From Minisyncoccota bacterium (GTDB taxonomy: Bacteria > Patescibacteriota > Minisyncoccia > Moranbacterales > UBA1568), in NCBI GenBank assembly GCA_051306005.1, contig JBPPMJ010000003.1, positions 409,144 to 473,143 of the forward strand: a stretch of 64,000 nt of DNA, written 5' to 3'. Below the pieces are notes generated by a model that was given only the letters and a program-made list of their open reading frames with translations, ran no database searches and was not told where the DNA came from. Position 1 is the first letter of the stretch. Each line of letters starts with the position of its first letter. A program made the translations under genes and the position numbers. This document shows, piece by piece, positions 1 to 10,649 of the stretch.

Positions 1-565
1 GATTGCGCACCACAAAAACATTCTTTCCTCGTTCTCGCAATTTCTCAGCCAAAAAATTCGTACTCGTCGTGCAAGTAGTCACTACAGGATCAGCCAAAAT
101 TTCCCCCCCTACACCATGCTCATAGAGTTTACGCTCAAAAGTATTCATCGTTTTATAAAAATCCATATATTCTAAATAAACAGGATCATACACCAAATCA
201 TCGGTTTCAAAGATCATCTCTTTTCCCTGCGCCTTGATACGCGTCATCAATACAGCAACGCTTTGTGTATACAAAACCCGATGAAAAACAAAGACGGAAA
301 ATTTATCAGCATAAGAAGTAAGCCATGGGTTATCCTGCAATGTAATAGCAGTACGCACACCCTGTGCTTCCAAGGTTTCTGCGACATAGGTCGTGCGATA
401 ACGCGCACTATCTCCGACACCTCCTGTTATAAAAAGCACATCTCCACTTCCTACCTTCCGAAACATCGCCACAAACGCCTGATAAACACGCTTACCACCG
501 CGTATCATACCATCACGTCTGATGGTATGATACGCCTTTCCAACCTTAATCAAAAAAAGTTTCAT
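1..565 (-). CDS. glycosyltransferase, N-terminal part; 3' end lies outside the window
   Basis: Reverse-strand ATG at 565 overlaps the TGA stop of the upstream gene (ATGA). The translation MKLFLIKVGKAYHTIRRDG...FITGGVGDSARY... runs open to the window edge and looks like an Rossmann-fold glycosyltransferase N-domain. Confidence 0.45.
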   Translation of the reverse strand, partial: MKLFLIKVGKAYHTIRRDGMIRGGKRVYQAFVAMFRKVGSGDVLFITGGVGDSARYRTTYVAETLEAQGVRTAITLQDNPWLTSYADKFSVFVFHRVLYTQSVAVLMTRIKAQGKEMIFETDDLVYDPVYLEYMDFYKTMNTFERKLYEHGVGGEILADPVVTTCTTSTNFLAEKLRERGKNVFVVRN

Positions 566-1779
566 ATTTTTTGCATTGCTTGGAAATATAAATCCTGTAA
601 TTGAAAAGCTGATTGCTCCCAACTAAAGTCTATGGCACGTAGGCGATTCATCTGTCCCTTGGTATCACGTAAAGTTTTCGAATCTATCAAATGGCCGATA
701 GCCTGTGCCAAACCTTCGGCTGTCATCGTCTTCGCATAAACACCGCCTTCACCTAAATATTCACGATTATTCTCTGTTGCAAAACAAGCAATCGGCAGAC
801 CAGCTCCCATATATTGTAACATTTTACCACTTGCTTGACTGGTCGTTGATATTTTTGGATCGACACCAATATCACTTAAACTCAATATTTTCGGTAAATC
901 AAAATAAGAAAGTGGACTAATGATTGTCACGTGTTGTTGAAACACTGCTGTTTCCAAAAATGATGTAATCTGATCAATGGGAAAACCTGCAATAACAAAA
1001 TGCGCTTGCGGATAAAGAGCACAGACAAGTGGTATAGTATCAAACAATAATGGTATACCCTTGTTGGCAATCAAAGCACCTGTATACGTAATAATCACTT
1101 TTTCAGACGGAATAGCAAATGCCTGACGCATCTCTGCAATCACCGTCGGTTCTACATCTGAAACCAGACGTGTTCCATCTAACAGCAACATAGCCGGCTT
1201 CTGTTGCCGATCATGTATATTCATGGCCGTAACATTATCCCAAGAGCTTGCAACGGCAACATCTCCCAAAACATTAATCCGCCTCTCAATCAGTGCAAAT
1301 ACTTTGTGTAAACCAGTAAAGCGTAAATACTGATGAGACACCATTTCTTTGGTCAAGCTGCCATGAAAATCGCCCACAAGCACCATGCGTCGCCAGAACA
1401 AAGCCTTTTGCACCAACCAACCAATAAGTACGCCTTCATGCAGGTGTCCATGTATAATATCTGGACGTTGCGTACGCGCGAGATAAAAAACTTTGCGTAT
1501 CAACATAATATCCAAAACAATTTTCTGCCAATCTGGTCCGGCTTCCAATTTCTTATACCAAAAAAGCCATCGACGTATTCGACGTATTTCTATGGTTGTC
1601 TGAAGATTCTCTGGCAATTCCGCTCCGATATGATACGTGACAATCGTAATCTGGTGCCCCAATTTTTCCAAAGCGAGCGCTTCTTCTAAAATACGAATAT
1701 GTGTTCCGCGATCTGAAAAAAACGGTGTAGGAGCAATAACAAGAATAGTAAGTTTTTTCTTTCCTGATCGCATAAACAC
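562..1779 (-). CDS. glycosyltransferase family 4 (GT-B)
   Basis: 405 aa. The C-terminal half has the GT4-like retaining glycosyltransferase pattern (EGFGLP-type region ...YMGAGLPIAC..., nucleotide-sugar binding fold). It lies in a glycosyltransferase cluster. Confidence 0.7.
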   Translation of the reverse strand: MFMRSGKKKLTILVIAPTPFFSDRGTHIRILEEALALEKLGHQITIVTYHIGAELPENLQTTIEIRRIRRWLFWYKKLEAGPDWQKIVLDIMLIRKVFYLARTQRPDIIHGHLHEGVLIGWLVQKALFWRRMVLVGDFHGSLTKEMVSHQYLRFTGLHKVFALIERRINVLGDVAVASSWDNVTAMNIHDRQQKPAMLLLDGTRLVSDVEPTVIAEMRQAFAIPSEKVIITYTGALIANKGIPLLFDTIPLVCALYPQAHFVIAGFPIDQITSFLETAVFQQHVTIISPLSYFDLPKILSLSDIGVDPKISTTSQASGKMLQYMGAGLPIACFATENNREYLGEGGVYAKTMTAEGLAQAIGHLIDSKTLRDTKGQMNRLRAIDFSWEQSAFQLQDLYFQAMQKI

Positions 1780-1811
1780 TTTTCACACAATAGTAGAATA
1801 CTTCACAGAAC

Positions 1812-4325
1812 CTATAATTCTTCGCCCGAAACCATGAGTGTTTCTCCCTCTTTCAATACACCACTAATAATCTTTTGGACAATCACATCTTCAATGGCGT
1901 TTTCGATGAAGCGGTTGATGGAACGTGCCCCGAAACGCGCGTCAAATCCTTTGTGAATAATCATCTCCACAACATCATCAGCAAAAGTGATGATGATATT
2001 CTTTTCTTTTTTCAAACGATCGGCAAACTGTCGCAGTTTGAGCTGAGTTACTGCCTGTAAATCTGATGGTCGCAATGGTTCAAAGAAAATCAAGCCGTTA
2101 AAACGGTTCAGAAATTCCAAACGAAAAATATTTTGTGTCACAATTTGGTCTAACACTTGTTGACGTATTTCCGGCACCGGCACTTTTTGCTGAAGTAAAG
2201 TCTGAATCAAGGGCGCTCCAGCATTGGAAGTGGCGATAATAATCATGTCGCGAAAACTTACTTTGCTTCCGAAGCCATCCGTAATATACCCTTCATCCAG
2301 AATTTGCAAGAAAAGATCCAAGGCACGCGGATAAGCCTTCTCAATTTCATCCAACAACAGGATAGAAAACGGATGTTCACGGGCTAACGTGATGAGTCGC
2401 CCCTGAATGTTTAAAACACGAGAACCAAGTAATCGGTCAATGGACTCGCTAGTCTGGAATTCACTCATATCCAAACGAATCATTTTTTCTTCACTACCAA
2501 AATAATGTTCCGCAAAGGCTTTGGCCGTTTCCGTTTTTCCGACACCGCTCGGTCCCAGAAAAAGGAAACTACCGATAGGACGATTCGTATTACCAAAACC
2601 GGCGCGCGCTTTGCGCATCACTTCCGCCACTTGAGTTACCGCTTCCTCTTGCCCGATAACACGCTGATGCAAAGTCTCCTCCAAATGCAATAACTTTTCC
2701 CGTTCATTTGCTTGTAAGGCACCACTCGGCATACCTGTTTTGAGCGCCACAAACTGATTGACCGTTTCAGGATCAATGTATGACTCACCAGAGCTTTGCC
2801 AAAATAATACTACCTCTTGTGCTAAATCTATGGCACGCTCCGGGAAAGGAACATCCCAATTATAGCGACTCGCTGCCTGAATCAACGCATCCAAACCGCG
2901 TATGGTAAAAATAACCTGTCCCCTCTCCAAAGAAGCAAAATGCTGTATCAGGACATCAAAGGTTTCTGCAGGATCAGTTTCACGCAAGTATACTGCTTCG
3001 AAAAATTTGAGTACTTTTTCGTCTTCAGAAGCAATCATATGATATTGTCCTGTCGGTGCTAGAGCAATCACACAAAAATTCGGATACGCCAGAAACTCAG
3101 CGAACAATGAGGTCAAGTTTGGGCGAGCACGATCCAAACCCAAATACTGCATCAGATCATCTATTATGAGAATAATGTTACCGGCATAGGTCGCCTCGGT
3201 GAAGAGTGTGCGCAAGAAGTGTTCAACGTCTTCTCCGCGATGTACGGCATCATCAACCGCTCGATATAAATCGAAACGCAACAAACGCACGTCTCCTAAA
3301 TCCCGTCTGGAAAAATTATTCTCACGAATCAAACGTGCCAAGTAATGTGTCAAAGTCTTTTTGCCAACGCCAGGTTCACCTACAAGCATCACACTGTTTT
3401 GTACTGGACGTTTCAGAATCACAGTTATCACCTGAAATTCCTCACGTCTTCCGATGAATTCAGCGTCCCTGTATTCTGTCGGATCATGGCGGGACAAATC
3501 CAGACAATAACGGTCAAGGTGTGGCGTATAGGCATATTGCCATCCTTTTCCCATCGGCATTTTTTTGTACAAATTTTCCCATACCCAAAAGCGTCGACGT
3601 AAGGCATGCTGTTTCGCTATCGTGTATTCTAATTTCACTGCTCGCTCATAGACCGTCCGATCAATATTTCGTGTTTGTAAAAAAGTGAGAAGTGATGCTG
3701 TATCATACAAAAAATCCTCTTTCCATAGACCCGTTGGAAGTCCTAAACGTACCAATATGCGATGAAAATATTTTTTTCGGCGTAATTCCACTATGTCCAG
3801 TGTCAGTACATCCTCCTCGGCCAGCATAAAAAGAGACAAGAGAAACATCCCAAATCCCACCATACCGCAGAATAAAAATACCATTCCCCATGCCGATGTA
3901 GAGGTCAGTACTGTCAATATGCCTATCAATAGTAAGAATGGTGCCCCCAAATATAATAGCATTAACGACAAACCAGTCATCAAGACCAACCACCACACGC
4001 CCATTCCGACAGATAATACAGCTACACGAATAAGTGTTCCAAAAAATCTTGCGATCAAATTATTAAACAGCATTTTCAAAAATAAAAGTGGCCGAAACCC
4101 TCGCCACATATGTGAGGTAATATCCCTTTTCCATGGAGCAAAAAGGGCGCCAAGTAGACGTATAAATGAAAAATAATGCGCCACAAAACGCAAGCTATTC
4201 CAGGTCAATATGGACAGGCTCCGCAAACCGCGTAATGGATACCCCAATAAAAAATATTGATTCATACGACAAAAATTAAATAAGCATAACAATACCACGA
4301 TGTACGGTATCACCATTCTTCTCAT
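1812..4325 (-). CDS. membrane-anchored Clp/Hsp100-like double AAA+ ATPase (ClpA/ClpB-related, no N-domain or M-domain)
   Basis: N-terminal ~200 aa carries 4-5 hydrophobic TM helices. D1 has Walker A GEPGVGKKT and Walker B IILIIDDLMQ (DD rather than DE). D2 has Walker A GPSGVGKTE, Walker B LLLDEIEKA, sensor ATSNAG and an Arg finger. The longest ORF runs to 4418 but that would overlap the divergent gene, so I chose the internal Met (MRRM) at 4325. Confidence 0.7.
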   Translation of the reverse strand: MRRMVIPYIVVLLCLFNFCRMNQYFLLGYPLRGLRSLSILTWNSLRFVAHYFSFIRLLGALFAPWKRDITSHMWRGFRPLLFLKMLFNNLIARFFGTLIRVAVLSVGMGVWWLVLMTGLSLMLLYLGAPFLLLIGILTVLTSTSAWGMVFLFCGMVGFGMFLLSLFMLAEEDVLTLDIVELRRKKYFHRILVRLGLPTGLWKEDFLYDTASLLTFLQTRNIDRTVYERAVKLEYTIAKQHALRRRFWVWENLYKKMPMGKGWQYAYTPHLDRYCLDLSRHDPTEYRDAEFIGRREEFQVITVILKRPVQNSVMLVGEPGVGKKTLTHYLARLIRENNFSRRDLGDVRLLRFDLYRAVDDAVHRGEDVEHFLRTLFTEATYAGNIILIIDDLMQYLGLDRARPNLTSLFAEFLAYPNFCVIALAPTGQYHMIASEDEKVLKFFEAVYLRETDPAETFDVLIQHFASLERGQVIFTIRGLDALIQAASRYNWDVPFPERAIDLAQEVVLFWQSSGESYIDPETVNQFVALKTGMPSGALQANEREKLLHLEETLHQRVIGQEEAVTQVAEVMRKARAGFGNTNRPIGSFLFLGPSGVGKTETAKAFAEHYFGSEEKMIRLDMSEFQTSESIDRLLGSRVLNIQGRLITLAREHPFSILLLDEIEKAYPRALDLFLQILDEGYITDGFGSKVSFRDMIIIATSNAGAPLIQTLLQQKVPVPEIRQQVLDQIVTQNIFRLEFLNRFNGLIFFEPLRPSDLQAVTQLKLRQFADRLKKEKNIIITFADDVVEMIIHKGFDARFGARSINRFIENAIEDVIVQKIISGVLKEGETLMVSGEEL

Positions 4326-4389
4326 TGTAGACACATTCAAAACACTTTGCAACCAAAAGACGGATTTGAAAGAATATGCCTCTATCAGG

Positions 4390-4395
4390 TATAAT
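4390..4395 (+). promoter_or_regulatory. TATAAT -10 box about 10 nt upstream of the ATG at 4405, in the divergent intergenic region
   Basis: Exact tataat at 4390-4395 in the ~80 bp gap between the divergent genes. Confidence 0.3.
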
Positions 4396-4404
4396 GAATC
4401 CATT

Positions 4405-6210
4405 ATGCAATTCCCCATAAATACAATAAATCATACTTCTGTTTTTCTGCTCTTTGGATTGAGTTTTGTCGTCTTTGGCTGTTTCTTGTTTATTCTGTCC
4501 ATAAGTGGATTATTCTTTCTGCCCGCCATTCTTATCGGTGCCATTCTCTGTGGCATTATCACCGTTTTGACTGGCATACAATGGCTCCGCTTCGCTCATA
4601 GAGACCTCCATATCGCTGTAATCGGCATCGCTCTGTTCTCCATATTTATCGGCATGACCACTGATCCAACTATATTTTCTGGTCGTGATCAAGGCTCTCT
4701 TAGTGAAGCAGCTTGGCGACTCTCCACTAATGGTACGCTGGCATTTTCTCAGCCAGCCAGCGATCGTTTTTTTGAAATCCATGGTCCTGGTATCGCACTC
4801 AATTTTCCAGGATTCGCCTATACTGGTACCGGACAACTGATTACTCAGTTTCCTCTGGGTTACATCGCCTGGCTTGCAGGTTTTGTCAGTCTGTTTGGTC
4901 TGTCTGGGTTCACGATTGGTAATACGTTACTCCTTTTTCTTTTTTTAAGCACTCTTTATCAACTCATCCGGCAATACAGCGCATCTTTTTATGCGTTCAC
5001 AGGTGTCCTTTTAACTGCCAGTTCATTTTTACCTATCTGGTTTTCCAAAATAACACTCAGTGAAAATCTGGCTGTTTTTCTCTTTACCTTTCTCGTTTTT
5101 AATATCATGCTGGTCTGGCAAACAAATAATCGATTAGCATATTACACTGCCCTACTGACTGTCATCCTGCTCGCCTTTACTCGTATTGAAGGCTTCGCTT
5201 TTCTTATGATGACTATCATTGTATTTGCCTCGCACAAACCAACCCGTCAACTCTGGAAAACTCACCCTCTGACTCAAATTATTCTGCCTGGTAGTCTCTT
5301 CACACTTTTCTTCTTGCAAGACTTCTTAGTCAATCTTCCTTATTATACAATGATTGGTAAAGCCTTGATCAAGTTTCTTGCTACGCTGAATATCAATGGT
5401 ATAGAAAGTAACCTATCGCCAACCTTCACCTCCTTCACACTCGGTTCCATCTTTTTTTTGTATGGTCTTCTAATAATGTTTCTCTTTGGCTCCTTTGGTA
5501 TTCTTTTTTTTCTCAAAGAAAAAAAATATCTGCTTCTGATCCCGACTCTTATTGCCCTCCCCACCTTTCTTTATTTTTTCAATCCCAATATCTCATCCGA
5601 TCATCCATGGATGTTGCGACGCTACCTCTTTTCTCTTTTTCCAACACTACTCTTTTCTGCGATTATGGGCATCGCACTATTATTAGACAAGAAAAAAACC
5701 CTCCCTATCGTCGCGCCTCATGGCAAACGACTTCTTGTCGCCAGCCTCATTTTTAGCGGATGTTTTATTTTACAGTATCCCGCTTGGAAAATAAGCATTT
5801 TTTCTCCAGACAATGATACCCTTTTCGCACAAATAAAAACATTTTCACAAGATTTTTTGAATACCGATCTCGTGCTGGTGGACCGTCGTGTCACTGGCGA
5901 TGGTTTTACTATGTTAACTGGACCAATGCAATTTCTGTTCGATAAACAGATGGTTTATTTTTTTAACCCAACTGACTTGGAACATTTGGACACCACAACA
6001 TTTTCCCATGTCTATCTCTTAGTGCCCGAAAATGGTCAAGAATACTATACTGCGGTCTTCGGTCCACGCCTCACGTTACAAAAAACCGTTGTCTTTTCCT
6101 TGAAACAATTGGAAATATCCCCCTTCAAAAATACATTCTTTCTGTCACCCCCACACATAACCAATACTTCAACCACAAATCTGCTGTTCAAAATTGATAC
6201 ATTACCCTAA
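4405..6210 (+). CDS. large polytopic membrane protein, possibly a GT-C-type glycosyltransferase / PMT-ArnT-like
   Basis: ~600 aa with more than 12 predicted TM helices and a C-terminal soluble domain. The start was set at the internal Met (MQFPINT) to avoid a 118 bp divergent overlap. Confidence 0.45.
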   Translation: MQFPINTINHTSVFLLFGLSFVVFGCFLFILSISGLFFLPAILIGAILCGIITVLTGIQWLRFAHRDLHIAVIGIALFSIFIGMTTDPTIFSGRDQGSLSEAAWRLSTNGTLAFSQPASDRFFEIHGPGIALNFPGFAYTGTGQLITQFPLGYIAWLAGFVSLFGLSGFTIGNTLLLFLFLSTLYQLIRQYSASFYAFTGVLLTASSFLPIWFSKITLSENLAVFLFTFLVFNIMLVWQTNNRLAYYTALLTVILLAFTRIEGFAFLMMTIIVFASHKPTRQLWKTHPLTQIILPGSLFTLFFLQDFLVNLPYYTMIGKALIKFLATLNINGIESNLSPTFTSFTLGSIFFLYGLLIMFLFGSFGILFFLKEKKYLLLIPTLIALPTFLYFFNPNISSDHPWMLRRYLFSLFPTLLFSAIMGIALLLDKKKTLPIVAPHGKRLLVASLIFSGCFILQYPAWKISIFSPDNDTLFAQIKTFSQDFLNTDLVLVDRRVTGDGFTMLTGPMQFLFDKQMVYFFNPTDLEHLDTTTFSHVYLLVPENGQEYYTAVFGPRLTLQKTVVFSLKQLEISPFKNTFFLSPPHITNTSTTNLLFKIDTLP

Positions 6211-6221
6211 CAAATAACCTT

Positions 6222-7370
6222 ATGTCATGGACAGAACCCGTACTTCCGATTCCATCAGCATGGCGCTACTCTTATTGGCGTTGGCGATTTGTCCTTTACC
6301 TCGCCAGCTTCATTATAACTTTATTTTTTACCCTAAGTTTTCTCTTTCCGTCCTTTACTTTTTTCTTCAATTTTGAAATCCCTGGCTCGAATAAAAATAC
6401 CATCTTAAAACCTCACTCTCCAACTGGTAATGATCAAAGTAATGGGAAAATACAGTCCACAGATTCTCTCATTGGAAATATGAACATAAGCGGTAATTTT
6501 TCTGAAGCTCAGATCAACATTGCTCTGGAACAAAAATCACCCGTACCAAAAACACTGGATGTTTCTCTTCGTAAATCATATTTCGCGTTCCTTTTTCCAG
6601 ATGGTTCACCGGTTACCAGTTTTCCTCAAGCCACACTCTATCGAATAAGTGATACCTACTATGAATTGAGAGATGGCGTCCTCTTTCCATTTATCAGCGA
6701 TGCCGCGTACCTTTCTCGATATCCCGATGCGTACGCCATTCCAACAACGACGGAATTTTTAACGAAATATCCTCTTTCAGAAAACAAGATTGGTTTTCGT
6801 GTCGGTACGTTAATCTCTTTTGCAGATGGTGTTTTCTTGGTCAATAGCGAAACAGAAGTACGTCCTATCGGCAGTGCGGATATTTTTCTTTCTTTTGGAT
6901 ATAGTTTTCAGGACGTCATTGCCGTTCACGAAGAAGAACTGGGCATCTATACACGAGGACGTATCTTTTTGATGCATGATCAGCATTCAGACGGTACCCT
7001 CTTTTTGGATCAAGACACTCACACCTATTATTTGATAGATCAAGGCACCAAACGACCCCTGCTCGACACTTCGTATCTGAATTTTCTTTTAACGACACAC
7101 ACAGCAATTCAAGCTTCACAAAAAACAAGTGAATGTGTCCTGATACCAACATGGTTTAGTAAATCTTTACAATGTTACATGCCCCTCAAAGAAATCCAAA
7201 ACAACCTCGGAAACAATTTTGAAATTACGATTCATGGTGATGCGGACAATAATATTGAACTCAAGTCACTTCGGGTCATATTGATAACCGAAAAAAACAA
7301 ACAAAACACTCTCTTCATTCTCTCGCGCATCAAACAACGTGTTTTGGATCGTTTCGGTCTATCATTATAA
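6222..7370 (+). CDS. hypothetical membrane-anchored or secreted protein
   Basis: 382 aa with an N-terminal TM or signal-anchor (FVLYLASFIITLFFTLSFLF). The rest is probably extracytoplasmic. It lies 12 nt after the previous gene, so it is likely in the same operon. Confidence 0.5.
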   Translation: MSWTEPVLPIPSAWRYSYWRWRFVLYLASFIITLFFTLSFLFPSFTFFFNFEIPGSNKNTILKPHSPTGNDQSNGKIQSTDSLIGNMNISGNFSEAQINIALEQKSPVPKTLDVSLRKSYFAFLFPDGSPVTSFPQATLYRISDTYYELRDGVLFPFISDAAYLSRYPDAYAIPTTTEFLTKYPLSENKIGFRVGTLISFADGVFLVNSETEVRPIGSADIFLSFGYSFQDVIAVHEEELGIYTRGRIFLMHDQHSDGTLFLDQDTHTYYLIDQGTKRPLLDTSYLNFLLTTHTAIQASQKTSECVLIPTWFSKSLQCYMPLKEIQNNLGNNFEITIHGDADNNIELKSLRVILITEKNKQNTLFILSRIKQRVLDRFGLSL

Positions 7371-7398
7371 TAGGCTTTTTATTTCTTATTACTATTCT

Positions 7399-7821
7399 AT
7401 GTCTCTCTCTCAACATCTCTTTACACCTTACATGGATAATCTTAAAAAAAATGGTGGCCTCACAGTATCGTACGCCTTATTAGCAGAAGCACTGATACTC
7501 GGTTATACTGGATTTTTCCTTCTATTAATGTTGGAGATACTCTTTCCAACATTAATCGCTGACCGCATCAACCTCTCACTGGCTTTCGCTATTCTTATGT
7601 TTTTTTCTTTGGTACTTGGAGCACTCGGACAGGCATTAGACGTACACTTTACGCCGACTATCCATAAAAAAAGCCCTCTCCTATGGATCGGACTTTTTTT
7701 GATTTTTAGCGTATCAATGATTTCTTTGTATACGTTTCCGTGGCCAATCATGCTCTTGGTGACTCTCTCACTCTTATGGATAAGTCAACTATTCTGGCGC
7801 ACACTCATCAACCAAAAATAA
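7399..7821 (+). CDS. small integral membrane protein
   Basis: About 140 aa with 4 hydrophobic helices. It is the third gene of the operon. The ORF could extend upstream to 7339. Confidence 0.45.
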   Translation: MSLSQHLFTPYMDNLKKNGGLTVSYALLAEALILGYTGFFLLLMLEILFPTLIADRINLSLAFAILMFFSLVLGALGQALDVHFTPTIHKKSPLLWIGLFLIFSVSMISLYTFPWPIMLLVTLSLLWISQLFWRTLINQK

Positions 7822-7858
7822 CGATTCAGTAAAATTTTCAACAATCAACCAGCATAAA

Positions 7859-9316
7859 TCAACGTAATGTTTCCAAATCAATCACCTCATCAATGCGAAT
7901 TTGTGCCACAAAATCAGGTACATGAGAAACAAGAATCATGGCGCCACGATATTGATCAAGAGCCTTGGCAATGACGGGCAAATGTCTAAAATTGATATGG
8001 TTTGTTGGTTCATCCAAAATCAAAAGGTCGGGTTCTTCCGCATATAAACGGGCAAACATAAGCAAGCCCTTCTGACCTTCGGAGAGACTCGCAATCTTAT
8101 TGCGCAACAAATCAGATGGAATGAGGAATTGAGCGGCAATGCGATACGCCATCTCATTATTTTTTTCCTTCATGACTGCCAACAATGATGCCATGACCGT
8201 ATCTTCAAAGTCCAATGTAGAAAAATCCTGGCGATAATAACCAATTTTCATACCCTCTCCGATAGAGACGCGGTCTGTATCGCCACGCGCAATCGCTTCC
8301 AAAAATGTGCTCTTACCGATACCATTGGGGCCAGAAATAAAGAGATGCGTATTTTTCTTGAGTACCATATCTACTTTTTTGATAGCCGGACCAAGTTCCG
8401 TTAATACAGATACTGTTTTAATATGTACGATAGGTCCGATTGGTTCACGACATGGAATCGTAAAATCCGGCAAAGTCTTATCTTCCTTGCGTACATCTAC
8501 CTTGTTTTCTTCCAATTCAGTGGCCAAATCACGCATACGTTTGGCAACTGCACGCAACTTTCCCCCCTTGTTGGCAAAGACGTTTGCCTGATCTTTCTTC
8601 TCTTGAATCGTACGCTCCAAACGAACATTCTCACTCTGGGCTTTGGCAATACGACGAGAGATCTCTTCGACTACATCGTAATAATTTCCCGTATACTGCT
8701 CAATTTTGTGCGTGAAAACATCCAGATAAAACACGCCTTCCGTAAAAGAATTCAGAAACTCGGCATCATGCGAAATCACGATACACGTTTTTGAATAATG
8801 TATTAAAAATTCGGTCAAGTGTTCAATACCAGCATAGTCCAAATTGTTGGTTGGTTCATCCAATAAAAGAATATCTGGATCTTGAATCAAAGCGGATGCT
8901 AAAAGCAGACGCGCTTGTTGTCCGCCAGAAAAATTACGTATCTTTTTATCCAACGGAGGTAACGGCAGATTGACGATTTCCAAAACTTCCTTGATACGTA
9001 AAGCCAATTCCCATTCTTTACCACGAAAAAACGGCATGAAAAATTCTTCCAACGTCACATCTAATTGATCACGTGGAATAGTCTGACGACCCAGCGCCAC
9101 GACAGAATCCCTCGCAAGAGAAATGCGTCCACTTTGTGGTTTTTCTTCGCCAGTAATCAATTTGAAGAGTGAACTTTTTCCAGCGCCATTCTGTCCCATC
9201 AAAGTAATTTTAGCACCGCGACGCATCGAAAAACTTACCTCATCCAGGATGGGTTTCTTGTGTCCATATTCAAAAGATACGTTATCAAAACGCAATACCA
9301 CGTTATCTTGGGTCAT
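7859..9316 (-). CDS. ABC-F family ATPase with two tandem ABC domains and no TMD (EttA/Uup-like)
   Basis: Two Walker A motifs (GQNGAGKSS and GPNGIGKST), two ABC signatures (SGGQQARL and SEGQKGLL) and two Walker B motifs (ILLLDEPTN and LLILDEPTN), joined by a charged linker. Confidence 0.85.
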   Translation of the reverse strand: MTQDNVVLRFDNVSFEYGHKKPILDEVSFSMRRGAKITLMGQNGAGKSSLFKLITGEEKPQSGRISLARDSVVALGRQTIPRDQLDVTLEEFFMPFFRGKEWELALRIKEVLEIVNLPLPPLDKKIRNFSGGQQARLLLASALIQDPDILLLDEPTNNLDYAGIEHLTEFLIHYSKTCIVISHDAEFLNSFTEGVFYLDVFTHKIEQYTGNYYDVVEEISRRIAKAQSENVRLERTIQEKKDQANVFANKGGKLRAVAKRMRDLATELEENKVDVRKEDKTLPDFTIPCREPIGPIVHIKTVSVLTELGPAIKKVDMVLKKNTHLFISGPNGIGKSTFLEAIARGDTDRVSIGEGMKIGYYRQDFSTLDFEDTVMASLLAVMKEKNNEMAYRIAAQFLIPSDLLRNKIASLSEGQKGLLMFARLYAEEPDLLILDEPTNHINFRHLPVIAKALDQYRGAMILVSHVPDFVAQIRIDEVIDLETLR

Positions 9317-9442
9317 TTATTTTCTCAAAAAACCTTCTATAACACAAGAATTTTAACACAGATATCATATCTTGGCAAGTCTTCGACTGTCCGCATATCC
9401 ATACCATTTTCTTCAATGCATCAGAAAAGCTTCACTCTTAAT

Positions 9443-10558
9443 CTACCTCAAAATAGTCTCAAGCGTTTTTTTGGCACATCTATCCCAGGAAAATTGTTGC
9501 AATTGTGCGTGTCCTCTCTTAGTCAATTCAGTACGCAACTCAGTGTCACTCCACAGGTGCTCCATTTTTTCCGCTATATCTTCCACGGACAAAGCATTGA
9601 CATATAATCCGGCACGTCCGCCTACTTCACGCAAACTGGAATTGCTTGCGAGCAATACCGGCACCGAAGAAGCGAAAGCCTCCAAAACAGGTAGCCCAAA
9701 ACCCTCATACAATGATGGGAACACAAAAAATCTTGCTGCCTGATACAGTACACGCACTGTTTCAAAAGAAACACGTCCAGTCAAAATAATATCATTCGCA
9801 TAAGGACTTTCTTTACAGAGACGAATAATATCACGTGATAACCATGCAGATTCTCCTGCCAATACAAGTTTCATCTCAAACATACTTTGTTTGGCGATAT
9901 GAAATGCCTCGATCAAGCGTATAAGATTTTTTCGTGGTTGCAAAGCACCAACATACAACATGTAAGCATCTGGAGTCAACGCATAAGGAGTCAGTGTCTG
10001 TTGTATCGTTTCAACGGAACAACGTTGTCCGAAAAACTCACCATCAAATCCATGATGAATGACTGTGATACGATTTTCTGGCAGATGTGGAAAAAATGTG
10101 AGCAAATCGTCTTTGGTGGATTGCGAAACAGCAATCAGTTTATCGGCTCGTGCGACCACGGTATTCAGTAAGATATTTAATTTCATTTGATCTTTTGTTG
10201 GAAATGTTTCTGGGTAGTGTTTGAAAGCAAGATCATGAATAGTAGCCGTGACATTGCTATGGCGTGGTATCCAAATCGGCGCTGCCTGAATCGGCAAAAA
10301 AACCCGATCCGGACGATCCCGAAATAATTCTAAGGTAAAACGGGTTTGCATCCAAGCAACAGGAAAAGGACACTGCCTCTCCGTATAATTCGTAAAAATT
10401 GGGGGTGCCAATACAGGATTGAACGTATCACGATGATAAAGAATAAATTGATTCCATGTGTCCAGCACACCAAAATATTTCAGCAATTGTTTTATGTAGA
10501 CACGTGTCCCATCGATACGCTGATGATCCAAATCTGATGCTTGTATGGCGATACGCAT
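9443..10558 (-). CDS. glycosyltransferase family 4
   Basis: 371 aa with the typical C-terminal GT4 motif region ...FVFPSLYEGFGLPVLEAFASSVPVL.... Confidence 0.8.
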   Translation of the reverse strand: MRIAIQASDLDHQRIDGTRVYIKQLLKYFGVLDTWNQFILYHRDTFNPVLAPPIFTNYTERQCPFPVAWMQTRFTLELFRDRPDRVFLPIQAAPIWIPRHSNVTATIHDLAFKHYPETFPTKDQMKLNILLNTVVARADKLIAVSQSTKDDLLTFFPHLPENRITVIHHGFDGEFFGQRCSVETIQQTLTPYALTPDAYMLYVGALQPRKNLIRLIEAFHIAKQSMFEMKLVLAGESAWLSRDIIRLCKESPYANDIILTGRVSFETVRVLYQAARFFVFPSLYEGFGLPVLEAFASSVPVLLASNSSLREVGGRAGLYVNALSVEDIAEKMEHLWSDTELRTELTKRGHAQLQQFSWDRCAKKTLETILR

Positions 10559-10649
10559 AAAATCTTCTTATCAAAAACGAAGTGAGTGATTCGTAGAATA
10601 GCCTATAATACCGGTTGTTTGGTAGCACTTCTCTCGTTTTTTGATATTT

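Noticed and set aside
263-604. 113-aa plus-strand ORF
   Set aside because: It lies wholly antisense to the better-supported minus-strand glycosyltransferase genes and has low-complexity, stop-avoiding composition.
3793-4176. 127-aa plus-strand ORF inside the Clp-like gene, plus similar internal ORFs in clpB, alaS and pyrG
   Set aside because: They are antisense to long, motif-rich genes and have no SD or promoter.
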